A stretch of DNA of 64,000 bases from an uncultured Chloroflexia bacterium (GCA_963766735.1 CAVYBU010000007.1:384001-448000); one strand, 5' to 3'. Positions 51,846 through 62,127 are shown, counted from the first letter of the stretch. A program made the numbers and translations. The notes: generated by a model from the sequence alone, not told the origin.

Positions 51846-52283
51846 TCAGCGCCGGCCGGAGGCGCGCAGGGCATCCTCGACGAACGGCGCGAGGCGCGCC
51901 CCAATCTCCGCGGCAGTGCGCCGGAAGGCCTCGAGGCGCTCCTCGTCCGTACCCTGGACGTCGGACGGGTCATCCAGACCCCAGTGCAGGGTGCTGGTGG
52001 AGCCCGGGAAGACCGGGCAGGTCTCGCGGGCGTGGTCGCAGACGGTTATGACGTAGTCGAACCTCTGGCCGAGGAACCCATCGATCGTCTTGCTGGTGGC
52101 GCCGGTCCAGTCGATCCCCTGCTCCGCCAGGACCCGGATCGCATACGGGTTGACGCGCGTGGCCTCCGTGCCGGCGGAGTGGACCTCGAAGTCGTCGCCG
52201 CCGAGCCGGCCCAGCAGTGCCTCCGCGAGCTGGCTGCGGGCCGAGTTGTGGGTGCAGACGAACAGGACGCGGATCGAGGTCAT
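51846..52283 (-). CDS. arsC: Arsenate reductase (LMW-PTP family)
   Basis: FVCTHNSARSQ, ITVCD..ETCP, HWGLDDP. Confidence 0.9.
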   Translation of the reverse strand: MTSIRVLFVCTHNSARSQLAEALLGRLGGDDFEVHSAGTEATRVNPYAIRVLAEQGIDWTGATSKTIDGFLGQRFDYVITVCDHARETCPVFPGSTSTLHWGLDDPSDVQGTDEERLEAFRRTAAEIGARLAPFVEDALRASGRR

Positions 52284-52675
52284 GGACGGCTCCTTGCGTG
52301 GCGCCAGCTGGGTGCGGGGGCGCGCGTGCCCTGTTGGGGGTCTCGCCGCTGTTCGTGAACTGGCCTGCGGGCGTGAAGAAGCCCCGCGAGTGCGATGAGG
52401 GCGGTTGACCAGATGGGGATGGTCCGCGCGACGGCGTCGGGCAGGTAGATATCGGACACGGAGCCGCGTGTCGCACCCAGACGCTCGGCCTGGGTCGTCA
52501 TCGGGCAGACGCCGCCATTCGCGATGAAGACGACGCTCTCGGCGGCCACGAGCGAGGCCGCCAAGGCGACGGTCCGATCCCTTCGGCCGGTCAGGCCGGT
52601 CACAAGCAGCCAGCCGATCGACGATAGCTCGACGAAGAAGACGGCCGTGTGGAGCAAGCGGATCATTGTGAGCAT
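52280..52675 (-). CDS. Hypothetical membrane protein
   Basis: Three TM segments, NGGVCPMT..AE and SDIYLP motifs; overlaps the arsC start. Confidence 0.7.
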   Translation of the reverse strand: MLTMIRLLHTAVFFVELSSIGWLLVTGLTGRRDRTVALAASLVAAESVVFIANGGVCPMTTQAERLGATRGSVSDIYLPDAVARTIPIWSTALIALAGLLHARRPVHEQRRDPQQGTRAPAPSWRHARSRP

Positions 52676-52820
52676 GCCGCCGCTCTGCACCGATCTGGTC
52701 ATGCTGCGACCTCCTCAGCGCACCATGATGAGGCATCGCACCTGGTAGACGGCGAAGCAGAGCAGGCCGATCGCCACGGCGGCACGGCGCGAGACCCCGC
52801 GACCAGCAGCGGCGAGAGGA

Positions 52821-53330
52821 TCACCACGATCCCGCTTCGGGCGAGGCCCCATCGGATCGATCCGGCGCCCGCCTTGCGACGCGCACGATGACGGCCCCGG
52901 ACGCGACCGCGGCCAACACCGGCCTGTCATGCACCTGGTCACCTGACAAGCCAAGTGTCCGGGCCATCCTCGGCTGACCTCCCAGGTAGGCCGCGAGATC
53001 CTCCACGGCCTCGGGGCTATCGCCGATGTGGACGGTTGCGCGGCAGGGGACGTCCCGGCCGCCCAGTACGACCGTGATCTCGGGGTCCGCCTGCACGTTC
53101 CGCCACCACTGCTTGTGCCCCGGACGGCCCACGAAGATGATCACGCGGTCGCCGGTGTGCACGCACGAGACGGGCGTGGAGAGGGAGCGACCTGAGCGAC
53201 GGCCGCGATAGCCGACCACCGTCATGCCCGGGAACAAGCGGCCGAGCGGCGAGCGGAGGACGGCGACCAGCGCTCCATCGCTGACGCGCGCCGCATGCGA
53301 CCGGGTCCGAGGCTGCTCGACCGCCCGCAT
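52821..53330 (-). CDS. Deazaflavin-dependent nitroreductase-like protein
   Basis: LRSPL, GRRSG..LSTPV, KQWWRN; TGATG coupling to the upstream gene. Confidence 0.72.
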   Translation of the reverse strand: MRAVEQPRTRSHAARVSDGALVAVLRSPLGRLFPGMTVVGYRGRRSGRSLSTPVSCVHTGDRVIIFVGRPGHKQWWRNVQADPEITVVLGGRDVPCRATVHIGDSPEAVEDLAAYLGGQPRMARTLGLSGDQVHDRPVLAAVASGAVIVRVARRAPDRSDGASPEAGSW

Positions 53331-53995
53331 CAGGCGGACGCTGCTGCTTCGGTGGCGGCGGAGGTGGTGCGGGCTGCCGATCTCGTCAGGACGCGCAGCC
53401 GCAGGCTCACGAACGCCATCCAGAGGATGGGCGTCCACATCGCGGCGCGCTGCAGCAGGCCAAGCGAGCCCGGCAGCAGGTCGGCGGCGATGATGGGTCC
53501 CGAGACGAGCGCTGCCAGGCCGATCAGGAACGAGGCGGTCTGCCACCTCGGCCCGAACCGCCCGTCGGCCCGGAATGCCAGCGAGCTGAGCATCGCGGCC
53601 GCCGGGAGGCCGATCGCGCCCGGCATGCTGAAGGTTGAATGGAGCTCACCGGTCCGGGTGACATCGACGCACCCTGCGTCGCATGGGAAGAAACCCACGG
53701 TGATCATCCCCAGGCCGGCCACGACCAGCAGGGCCGTTGCCAGCAGCTTCCAGGGGCTGGCCCGGAGCACCAGGAAGTACGCACCGGCGAAGGCCAGGAT
53801 GATGATGCCGAGCGCCATGAACCCGCCCACGTTCATCAGCAGCCCGTGCGGGGCGCCCACTGCTCCGAGCTCACTCTGGGTCTGCCGGATCGGGTCGTAG
53901 CCCGTCCAGAGAGCGCCCAGGAGGGTCACGAACCCGATATAGGCGAGTGCGCCCGCGATGCCGACCAGTGTCAGGGTCCGCGCAATCATGTCCAC
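53330..53995 (-). CDS. DUF998 family membrane protein
   Basis: YDPIRQTQSELGA.GAP, FPCD, LH, GLLQR. Confidence 0.88.
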   Translation of the reverse strand: MDMIARTLTLVGIAGALAYIGFVTLLGALWTGYDPIRQTQSELGAVGAPHGLLMNVGGFMALGIIILAFAGAYFLVLRASPWKLLATALLVVAGLGMITVGFFPCDAGCVDVTRTGELHSTFSMPGAIGLPAAAMLSSLAFRADGRFGPRWQTASFLIGLAALVSGPIIAADLLPGSLGLLQRAAMWTPILWMAFVSLRLRVLTRSAARTTSAATEAAASA

Positions 53996-54011
53996 ACCTC
54001 CGAAGAACCAC

Positions 54012-54056
54012 TTGCCGGTCAGGCGACTTAGTGGTACTATTACTTAGTCGTCCTAT
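54012..54056 (+). promoter_or_regulatory. tetR promoter TTGCCG-N17-TACTAT overlapped by tandem operator-like repeats
   Basis: ACTTAGTGGTACTAT (54026-54040) and ACTTAGTCGTCCTAT (54042-54056) in an AT-rich divergent spacer. Confidence 0.6.
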
Positions 54057-54075
54057 ATTGTCAAGAGGTGAGGGA

Positions 54076-54699
54076 ATGGCCGATCGACGACACCGGGGCG
54101 TGCTGCGCCAGGAGATCATCGACGCCGCCGATCGGCTGCTGTTCGAGCTCGGTGACGCACGCGACGTCTCGATCGAATCCGTGGTCGACGCGGTCGGCTG
54201 CACCCCCCCGGCGCTGTACTACTACTTCCCGTCGAAGGAGCGGCTGCTGGCCGAGGTGTGCCGCCGGCAGTTCCTGCGCTTTGCCGAGGCGCTCGAAGCC
54301 GGGTTCCAGGCCACCGGGAATGCCGTCGACGAGCTTCGCGCGCGCGGCCATGCGTACCTCGACTGGGCGGTGACCCACCCGGAGCACTACCGCATCCTGT
54401 TCATGACCTCGGTGGCATCACAGTTGGGGACGGATGACGCTGACCCGCACCAGGCGGCCGGCCTCGCGGAGCTCATCGGCAACCTCGAGCGTGGCATCGC
54501 CGAGGGAACCATCAAGCCCGGTGATCCCCTGCTCATGGCGCTCATGCTCTGGTCCACCGTGCACGGGATGGCCTCCCTGGCGGTGGCCAACCCTGCGCTC
54601 CCCAGGGACCTGGCGCACGCCGTCGTTGAGCGTACGAGCCATTCGGTCATCGGCGGCCTTGCCACTGGGGCTCGTGCTCACCCCGGAGAGCCCCAATGA
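54076..54699 (+). CDS. TetR/AcrR family regulator (WHG-type C-terminus)
   Basis: IIDAA..., TPPALYYYFPSKE HTH; HPEHYRILF; WSTVHG. Confidence 0.93.
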   Translation: MADRRHRGVLRQEIIDAADRLLFELGDARDVSIESVVDAVGCTPPALYYYFPSKERLLAEVCRRQFLRFAEALEAGFQATGNAVDELRARGHAYLDWAVTHPEHYRILFMTSVASQLGTDDADPHQAAGLAELIGNLERGIAEGTIKPGDPLLMALMLWSTVHGMASLAVANPALPRDLAHAVVERTSHSVIGGLATGARAHPGEPQ

Positions 54700-55238
54700 G
54701 CGGGCTGCCGGGCAATGCGGAGGGACGAATGTCGTACGCGGGTTTCTCCAGACGCGCGCCTGCCCTGGCCTGGGATCTGCCGGTCATCGTCGCGTGGGCG
54801 GTCTTTGCGGGGATCGCCGGCATCGGGTTCAACGCGATCGCCGGGTCTCGGGCCACGTCGCCCTGGTCGCTCGACTTGCAGGCGTTCCTGACGTTGATCC
54901 TGCCCGTCATCCTCACCTTCGCCTACCAGGAGGGCTCGTCTCGGCAGGCCACCTTCGGCAAGCGCCGGTTCCGCATGATCGTCACCGACGCAACCGGCCA
55001 GCCGCCGGGATATCGGCGGGCACTCGTCCGATCGGTGGTGAAGTTCGTGCCGTGGCAGCTGGGTCACACCGCGGTCTTCCACCTCGTCGCGGGATCGACA
55101 TCGGCCGTCTTCGTGGTGATGTCGATCGGCGCGCAGCTGTTCGTGCTCATGTCGCTGCTGGTCATGGTGGCCGACAGCCGACACCGGGCGCTACACGACT
55201 GGGCGGCCGGTACCCGCGTGATGGATGCGACGGCATGA
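54696..55238 (+). CDS. RDD family membrane protein
   Basis: YAGFSRR.....D, QATFGKR, ALHDWAAGTRV. Confidence 0.88.
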   Translation: MSGLPGNAEGRMSYAGFSRRAPALAWDLPVIVAWAVFAGIAGIGFNAIAGSRATSPWSLDLQAFLTLILPVILTFAYQEGSSRQATFGKRRFRMIVTDATGQPPGYRRALVRSVVKFVPWQLGHTAVFHLVAGSTSAVFVVMSIGAQLFVLMSLLVMVADSRHRALHDWAAGTRVMDATA

Positions 55239-56383
55239 GACACCTGAAGAAGATCGGCGTCACGGCCCTTGTGATCGTCGCCGGCCTGTCCGTGCTCTAT
55301 GGATGGGCCCGGCTCAACCTCGATACCTCGCAAGTGGCCAGGTACATCGTCTGGCTCGACTCCGACGTCGGCGACTGGCAGCGCTTCCCATCGCGGACCG
55401 TGGCTGCCGGGCCCGAGCCAGTGGATCTGGTCGCACCGCAACAACCCGACGCACGCGTGGCTGCAGTCATGCTCGACGGGAAGCCCCTGGCAAGCTTCCT
55501 CGGGGCCAACGAGACGACCGCGTTCCTCGTCGCTCGCGGCGAGACCTTGGTCTACGAGCTCTATCCGAACGGGTCCTCCCGCGAGGCCATCCAGACGTCG
55601 TTCTCCGTCGCGAAGTCGTTCGATTCGACACTCGTGGGCATCGCGGCAAGCGAGGGTCTGCTGGGCCTCGACGACTCGGTTGCGGCCTACCTCCCCGAGT
55701 TGCTGGAGCGCGATTCCCGGTTCGGGGCGATCTCGATCCGCCATCTCATCACGATGTCGTCGGGCATTCGCTACGCGGCGTTCTACCTGCCCTGGAGCGA
55801 CGACACCACGACGTACTACGCCCCCGACCTTCGGTCGGCTGCCCTGGCGGCGAACATCGACGGGCCGCCCGGCGAGCAATTCCTCTACAACAACTTCAAT
55901 CCACTCCTGATCGGGATGGTTCTGGAGCGCGCCACTGGCATGCACGTGTCCGAGTACCTCGCGACGCGGCTGTGGCAGCCGATGGGAGCCGAGGCCGATG
56001 GCTCCTGGAGCCTGGACAGCGAGCAGACCGGGTTCGAGAAGATGGAGAGCGGCATCAACGGGCGGGCGATCGACTTCCTGAAGCTCGGCCTGGTCTTCGC
56101 CCACGAGGGGCGAATCGCAGGACGCCGGGTGGTTCCGGCGGCGTGGGTCTCCGAGGCGACCCGGGTCGACACCACGACCGACCCCGCAGAGGGGTATCAG
56201 TATTTCTGGTGGGTCTTCCCGGAACATCACGCCTTTGCCGCGCTCGGCAACAAGGGGCAGTTCATCTACGTCGATCCCGTGGCGGACGTGACGATCGTGC
56301 GCATGGGGAGCAACTACGGCAGCCTCGACTACCTGCGGTGGATCGACCTGTTCGGAACCATTGCAGACGCCGCGGGCAGCTAG
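55235..56383 (+). CDS. Serine hydrolase, class C beta-lactamase-like
   Basis: SVAK (SxxK), FLYNN, LGNKGQ; N-terminal TM. Confidence 0.9.
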   Translation: MRHLKKIGVTALVIVAGLSVLYGWARLNLDTSQVARYIVWLDSDVGDWQRFPSRTVAAGPEPVDLVAPQQPDARVAAVMLDGKPLASFLGANETTAFLVARGETLVYELYPNGSSREAIQTSFSVAKSFDSTLVGIAASEGLLGLDDSVAAYLPELLERDSRFGAISIRHLITMSSGIRYAAFYLPWSDDTTTYYAPDLRSAALAANIDGPPGEQFLYNNFNPLLIGMVLERATGMHVSEYLATRLWQPMGAEADGSWSLDSEQTGFEKMESGINGRAIDFLKLGLVFAHEGRIAGRRVVPAAWVSEATRVDTTTDPAEGYQYFWWVFPEHHAFAALGNKGQFIYVDPVADVTIVRMGSNYGSLDYLRWIDLFGTIADAAGS

Positions 56384-56594
56384 ATGGGCCAGGAGCCTTC
56401 CGGCCGTCCCAGTCGCGCCTGGTGGACCGCCGGTCATCCTCGTTCGGGCAGCAGGTCCTCTGCGAGCGTGATCATGGAGCAGGGCGGTCCCGGCTCCGGG
56501 CCGATCACGGGGACGACCGCTGCCTGGACGCGCGGGGCTACGCCGGTCGGGCGCGACCGCTGTCCGATCCGATCGAGGATGCAGCGGCTGGAAC

Positions 56595-56669
56595 TGGCTC
56601 CGGCGGTAGGATTCGAACCTACGACCAAGTGATTAACAGTCACCCGCTCTACCACTGAGCTACGCCGGA
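56595..56669 (-). tRNA. tRNA-Asn(GTT)
   Basis: Reverse complement TCCGGCGTAGCTCAGTGGTAGAGCG-GGTGA-CTGTTAA-TCACT...GGTTCGAATCC...CGGAGCCA. Confidence 0.97.
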
Positions 56670-56780
56670 GCGGCGTTGCGGGGCGTTGCAGCCCGCGCAT
56701 CGGGGGCGCCATCGCGGCGCCGCGGGAGAGGATAGCAGGCCCCCGGACGGCACGGGGGCACGACCCGTAGACTCCGGTGC

Positions 56781-57626
56781 GTGAGCATCATCGACCCCGA
56801 AACCCTGCTCGCTCGCATCGGCGACCCTGACCTGCGGATCGCGGACGTGCGCTGGTGGCTGGCGGATCCCGCGAAAGGGCGGCGCGACTACGACTCCGGT
56901 CACCTGCCCGGAGCCGTGTTCGTGGACCTGGACACCGACCTGGCCTCTCCGCCGGCTCCAGCTGGACCCGGACGGCACCCCCTGCCAGACCCGGCGACCT
57001 TCGCGACCCGGATGGCGGACCTCGGGTTCGATGACGACAGCGAGATCGTCGCGTACGACGACTCCGGCGGCGCGATCGCGGCACGCCTGTGGTGGATGCT
57101 GGACAACCTGGGGCACCCTCGGGTGCGGGTGCTGGACGGGGGGATCGCGGGATGGGCGGCGATCGGTGGACCGCTCACGGAGGCGGTGCGATCACATCAG
57201 CCGGGCCGGCTGCGCCTGCGGAACCGCTGGACGCGGACCATCGATCGCGATGCCCTGGAGGTCCGACTGGGCTCGGTGGGGCTCATCGACGCGCGGGCGA
57301 CCGAGCGATACCGCGGAGATCTGGAGCCCGTGGACGCGGCGCCGGGTCACATCCCGACCGCGATCAACCGACCGATCACCGGGAACCTGGGGCCGGACGG
57401 CCGATTCCTGGACCCCGAGTTGCTACGGACCCGGTTCGAAGGGTTGGGTGCGGACGTCGTCACCTACTGCGGCAGCGGCGTGAACGCGTGCCACAACGCG
57501 CTGGCGATGCGGCTGGCGGGTCTCGCCGATCCCCTCCTCTACCCGGGGTCCTACAGCGACTGGGCCGGGACCGGGATGCCGATCGCGACCGGCAACGAGC
57601 CCTCGGTCATGCCGGCCGGCGGCTGA
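56781..57626 (+). CDS. Sulfurtransferase (tandem rhodanese, SseA-like)
   Basis: GHLPGA, GRHPLP, ARLWW, GHIPTA, YCGSG, YPGSYSDW. Confidence 0.92.
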   Translation: MSIIDPETLLARIGDPDLRIADVRWWLADPAKGRRDYDSGHLPGAVFVDLDTDLASPPAPAGPGRHPLPDPATFATRMADLGFDDDSEIVAYDDSGGAIAARLWWMLDNLGHPRVRVLDGGIAGWAAIGGPLTEAVRSHQPGRLRLRNRWTRTIDRDALEVRLGSVGLIDARATERYRGDLEPVDAAPGHIPTAINRPITGNLGPDGRFLDPELLRTRFEGLGADVVTYCGSGVNACHNALAMRLAGLADPLLYPGSYSDWAGTGMPIATGNEPSVMPAGG

Positions 57627-57918
57627 CCTTCACCGCGGCGGCCTGCGCGAGGGCGACGACGAGGGCCGCCGCGAACCCGATCAGGAGATCGCCGACGAGG
57701 GCCACCTGGAAGCCGAACATCGAGATCTCTGGCCCGACGGACAGCCCCAGGCGATGTCCGATCAGGTAGAACGCACCGAACGCTGCGGCAATCGGGAGCA
57801 GGTAGGCGGTTCGTCCCCTCGGCCCGCCGGCGCGGGCGACGATCCGGACCGCCACCACGCCGAGCGCGACGGAGCAGAGCATGAACAGCGTGACGAGGGC
57901 GTAGGCCTGCGGCGGCAT
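57607..57918 (-). CDS. Small hypothetical membrane protein
   Basis: Three TM segments; TATCGT 6 nt before the ATG. Confidence 0.6.
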   Translation of the reverse strand: MPPQAYALVTLFMLCSVALGVVAVRIVARAGGPRGRTAYLLPIAAAFGAFYLIGHRLGLSVGPEISMFGFQVALVGDLLIGFAAALVVALAQAAAVKVSRRPA

Positions 57919-57985
57919 ACCCCGACGATAGCGGGAATGCGCTTCCGGCGGGGCAGGTTCGACGGAGGCGGATGCCGGACGCGAG

Positions 57986-60299
57986 TCAGCGACCGCGGAT
58001 GCGTGCCGTCCGGTAGCTCCGGTTGCCGGCCGCATCCACCGCACGCACGTAGTACCGCGCCCGGTAGACCGTCCTGATGCGGATCTTGGTGTTGCGCGTC
58101 GTCGCGACGGGCTTCGCCCGTCCGTACCGGTAGATGTAGTACTTGACCACGCCCACGTTGTCGGTCGATCTGCGCCAGGCGAACGTGACATAGCGACCGG
58201 ATCGCGCAACCTTGCGGAACCTGGCCGGTTTCGACGGCCGGATCGTGTCCGCAGCCGTGGTGACCGTCATGCTCGCGGGCTGGCTGACGCGCCCCTCCGC
58301 GTCGACGGCGACCACCGTGTAGGCGTAGGTCGTTCGCGGCGTGCGCGAACCGTCGTAGATGGCCGTGATGGGAACCGTGCCGATGGGGGTTCCGTCCCGC
58401 GTGATCCGATACCCAGTCACCGCCGCATCGTCCGTGGACGCGGTCCATGTCAGGCGCACCGACGTCGCCGTGCGGGTGGCGGCAAGCGCGGTCGGGGCGG
58501 CGGGTCCTGCGCCGTCCGAGGCGGACGTTGGCGCCGGCGTCGGGGCCGAAGCCGGCGCCCGCTGTCCCGGTCGGGTCGGGGGTCGGAGGCTGCTGGGCGG
58601 CGGGGTCCGCGCTGGGGGCGGGGGTCGGAGCCGGCGGGGCGGGCATCGTCGCCGAGGCGCTCACGGCAGGCCCTTCGTTGCCGGACGTGTCGACCGCCGC
58701 CACGGCATACGCGTACGTCGCGCCGAGCTGCGCGCTCGCATCGGTCCAGGACGTCGCGGACGCCGCCGGCGTGGCCACTTGCGTCCCGTCGCGGGTGATC
58801 CGGTAGGAGCCGACCGCCACGTTGTCCGTCGCCGCTGTCCAGGCAAGCGTGACAGACGGTGTCGCGGTGGCAGTCGCGGACAGCGATCCGGGCGCCGACG
58901 GGGCGATGGACTCGCCGACCCGCACGACTACCCCGGCCGACGAGACCGACATCGACTTGAACGAGATGCCCGAGACCGGGTCGGTCATGGTCCGCCCGAC
59001 GAGGAGCGGGGCGTCCTTGAGATCAGCCGTTGACGGCGTGGTGTCGAGAAGCTCCGTGCCCTTCGGGGCGTTCGTTGGGCTGGCCGTGCCCAGGCCTGCC
59101 CGGATCGTCACGCCGGTCACCGCCGGGGATCCGGCGGCGTAGTTGTCGAAGGAACCGTACGGGGTGCGGACGTCCAGGTCGAAGAAGCTGCCGTCACCGC
59201 GCGGGACGCGGACCAGCTTCACGCCTCCGGCACCGAAGTACGGGACGATCGTGTAGGTGTTGCCGGGCTCGCCGATGACCTTCTCGGACGCCTCCAGCCA
59301 GCCGAGCTCGCCCAGCTGGGATCCGTGGTTGTGGCGGAGCGCGTTGTTGCCCATCGTGGAGAAGGGGTCTGCGTACACCTGCGTCGTGCAGTTGGCGGCA
59401 GCGGCGATGGTGACGCGCGTACCGCCGACCGTGCAGTTCCGCGCGTTCGCGTGGCCGAGGCCCATGTTGTGCCCGAGCTCGTGGGTCATGACCTGGACGT
59501 TGGTCGTCCCGTTGAGGTAGGTGAAGCTGCCCGGGGCGTAGCCCAGACCGGCGAACCCGCACTGGCTCGTGTTCGGCCAGAGGAACATCACGTTCGTGTA
59601 GGCGTTGAGGTCCACCCCGCCCGCCGTCGCGGCGTTCCAGCCGAGGGTGTGCCAGGTTGGCCAGTCGCAGCCGGTTGTCGAGGCGTTGATCGTGTACCAG
59701 CCGAAGACCGAGCCGGCCACGCTCATGCGGCCCTTCGACTCTTCCTCGAAGAAGGCCTTGACGCTGGTGCCGCCGCCGGTCAGCGCACTCTGGACCGCCG
59801 TCTTCGTGTAGGGCTGGGTCGCGAGGTTCGTGAAGTTGATCAGGACGACTGCGATGCTCTTGGCGACCGGTGCGGCAGCCGTGGCGGCCTCGAGGCTGGT
59901 GGTGGTGACCGTGGCGGCTGATGCGGCGGCCGCTGAGTCCGTCGCTTGCATGGTCGTGGTTTCGCCGGCCGTGGGCATGCGCGTGACGCGGAAGGTGCGA
60001 CCCGGCCGTGAGGAGTCGATGCGGAGCGCCTTCCCGGCGCGGGTCCCGGTCACGGTGACGGTGGCGCCGCCACGGCCGACCGGACCGCCGTCGGCGAACT
60101 TCAGTGGGATCAAGCCTCGGGGGGTCCGGAGCAGGTACTCCTCGTGCTCACGGCCCGTCTTGAATTCGTCGACGTGGACGGCCTCGAGGGTTCCGGTCAG
60201 CGTCTCCTCGATCGCGCCACCAGGGACCACCGCGGCGACCGGGGCTGCGAATGTGACGGCAAGGAGGGCGGCAGCGAGGGTGGACAGGGTCGGGCGCAT
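57986..60299 (-). CDS. Secreted M11 (gametolysin-like) zinc metallopeptidase with FN3 domains; apparent frameshift near 58560
   Basis: Signal peptide; HELGHNMGLGH zinc motif; YADPFSTMG Met-turn; three W..STDN/D.V..Y FN3 repeats, the last two in ORF 57986..58459. Confidence 0.85.
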
Positions 60300-60732
60300 T
60301 GGACTCCGAGCGCTTGGCTGCGGTGCTTCCCAGCTTTCGTGCCGGGCTCACCTGAGCGTCGGGCATCGGAGGTCGCCGGAGGATCGCCCAGGGGTTCCGG
60401 GTGGGGTCGATAAAGGTCCCGGTGCGCGGGTGCGTCGGCACCAGAGGGCGTCAATCCGGTGCGTTGCGGTGCATGCGGCGGTGCGGCGGTCCGTGCTCCC
60501 GGCCGGGTGGTCGTGCGGAGATCGTGCGCCTGCACGGTGAGCACCCGCAGGTGGCCGCAGGGCGGTAGGAGGCACCGGCCGCGGTCGACGCGCCCGGTAC
60601 GGGACGTCAGCACCTCCGGGTCGTCGTTGTACCCTTGTTTTGATTGTCACCAACGAGAGAGGCTCTGCACCGAACGGTGGCTCGAACCTGTGTTTGTCCG
60701 TCTGGGGGGAGATTGAGTCGTGGGCCGCACAC

Positions 60733-61638
60733 GTGAGCCCTGAATACGGCTTCGTGATCGTCATGACGCTGCTCCTGGGACCGACGGCCATCTGGCTGGT
60801 GTTTCTGGTGATCCGTGGGCGAGAGGCCCGGCATGGCGAGTCATTCCTTGCGAGCTCCGAGTCGAGTGGCAGCGCCCAGGCCGCCGCGGATCGGATCGAT
60901 CGGCTGATCGCCGAGGGGTTCTGGGTCTGTCCAACGTGCCGGTCGATGAATCGTCACGAGGCGAAGGCCTGCTACGGCTGTCGCACGGTGCCGACCACGA
61001 AGGAGGGCGCCGCACGGGACGAGACGCCCTTCCACGGCGTCCCGGTGATGGCCGAGGGCATCACCCAACCCCCGGACAGGATCCCGGAAGCCGCCGTGGT
61101 TCGCGCCAGGCCGCCCGAGCCGCTCGTTCGTGGCGTCCCGGAGGTGGCAGAGCAACTTGCCCGACCTCCCGCCACTGCTCCCAAGGGCCCGGCAGCGCGC
61201 CGGAGGTCACCCAGTACCGCTGCCGCCACGAGCGCGGCTGCCGCCGCTGCTACGGGTGCCGCTTCCGCAACCGTTGCCGCCTCTCCAGCCGTTGCGGTCT
61301 CTCCAGCCGTTGCGGCAGTTGACGGTCCCGGCCGCCAGCCCGCCCCCACTCGTTCACCGGACGCGGTGCCTGCGAGCGCATCGGTCTGCCCGTTCCTCGG
61401 GCTCAGCCACGATCGAACGACGTGGTGCGGCTTCCCGGATTCGAGAAATGTCTGTCACGCGGTCCCCGCGCCCGGCGAGACGTCGTTCAGGTCCGCAGCC
61501 CGGTCGATCATCGACCGATCCGCGAGGGCCCGATCACGGCCGATCGAGGCCGCACACCAGGGGTCGACGTGCCTGACGGCGGCTCATGAGCAATGCGCCC
61601 GATACCCGGCGGGCGACCCGGTTCCAGCTCGCCGCTAG
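60733..61638 (+). CDS. Membrane protein with RanBP2-type zinc ribbon and C-terminal Cys/His domain
   Basis: One TM; WVCPTCRSMN...ACYGC; CPFLG...NVC...QGSTCL.AAH..CARY; start uncertain. Confidence 0.75.
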   Translation: MSPEYGFVIVMTLLLGPTAIWLVFLVIRGREARHGESFLASSESSGSAQAAADRIDRLIAEGFWVCPTCRSMNRHEAKACYGCRTVPTTKEGAARDETPFHGVPVMAEGITQPPDRIPEAAVVRARPPEPLVRGVPEVAEQLARPPATAPKGPAARRRSPSTAAATSAAAAAATGAASATVAASPAVAVSPAVAAVDGPGRQPAPTRSPDAVPASASVCPFLGLSHDRTTWCGFPDSRNVCHAVPAPGETSFRSAARSIIDRSARARSRPIEAAHQGSTCLTAAHEQCARYPAGDPVPARR

Positions 61639-61644
61639 TGAGTA

Positions 61645-61800
61645 GCTGACAGCTCCTCGACGACATCCGGGTCTGCGTCCCTGATGAGCCTGCGCATTCT
61701 GCCGAGGGTCCCCCGCGCCAGTCCCTGAGCTCAGCGATCCTGGTCGAGACAAGCTCCGATGCCGACTGGCCCCGGTTCGCGCGTGACTCGTCCGCGTTCT
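61645..61800 (-). pseudogene. Truncated, frameshifted DUF1801 (YdhG-like) gene fragment
   Basis: QSASELVSTRIAELRDWRG then, in a shifted frame, TLGRMRRLIRDADPDVVEE; the rest of the domain is absent. Confidence 0.6.
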
Positions 61801-62020
61801 CCTCCCCGGGAGTTCCGGATCTGTCTCGTGTGCGGGGCGTTCGCAACGGACCTGACCCAGGAACCGCTGCCGGCAAGCGTGGAGCTTGGGCTACTCGAGA
61901 TAGTCCCCCCTGCGTCCGTCGGGGTCCGTCGGCGTCAGGGCCCGGGGTGCATTCGTGCGTGAGGGGCTTCGATTTCGGTGCGTGACCGGTAGCGCGGACC
62001 GGGGTCCGGACACCGGCGAA

Positions 62021-62041
62021 TGCTGCCAGAAGTGCTGCCAG
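62021..62041. repeat. Tandem 12-bp-period repeat TGCTGCCAGAAGTGCTGCCAG, left arm-like site
   Basis: Identical 21-mer at 63090-63110. Confidence 0.8.
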
Positions 62042-62127
62042 ACAAACGGGAAGCCCCCGGGTCGCCGGGCATCCCGCTAGCTGGTCGGGCGCTCCGCGCG
62101 GAGCCGGGGGCGAACGCGAGCTGTTGG

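Noticed and set aside
46774-56594. Genomic island integrated at tRNA-Asn
   Set aside because: Accessory-looking genes, but I found no duplicated tRNA 3' end and no integrase.
61935-62020. tRNA/tmRNA fragment near the left end of the rpoD element
   Set aside because: GGGGCTTCGATTTC resembles a T-loop, but no acceptor stem or cloverleaf can be built; the att core is explained by rpoD.
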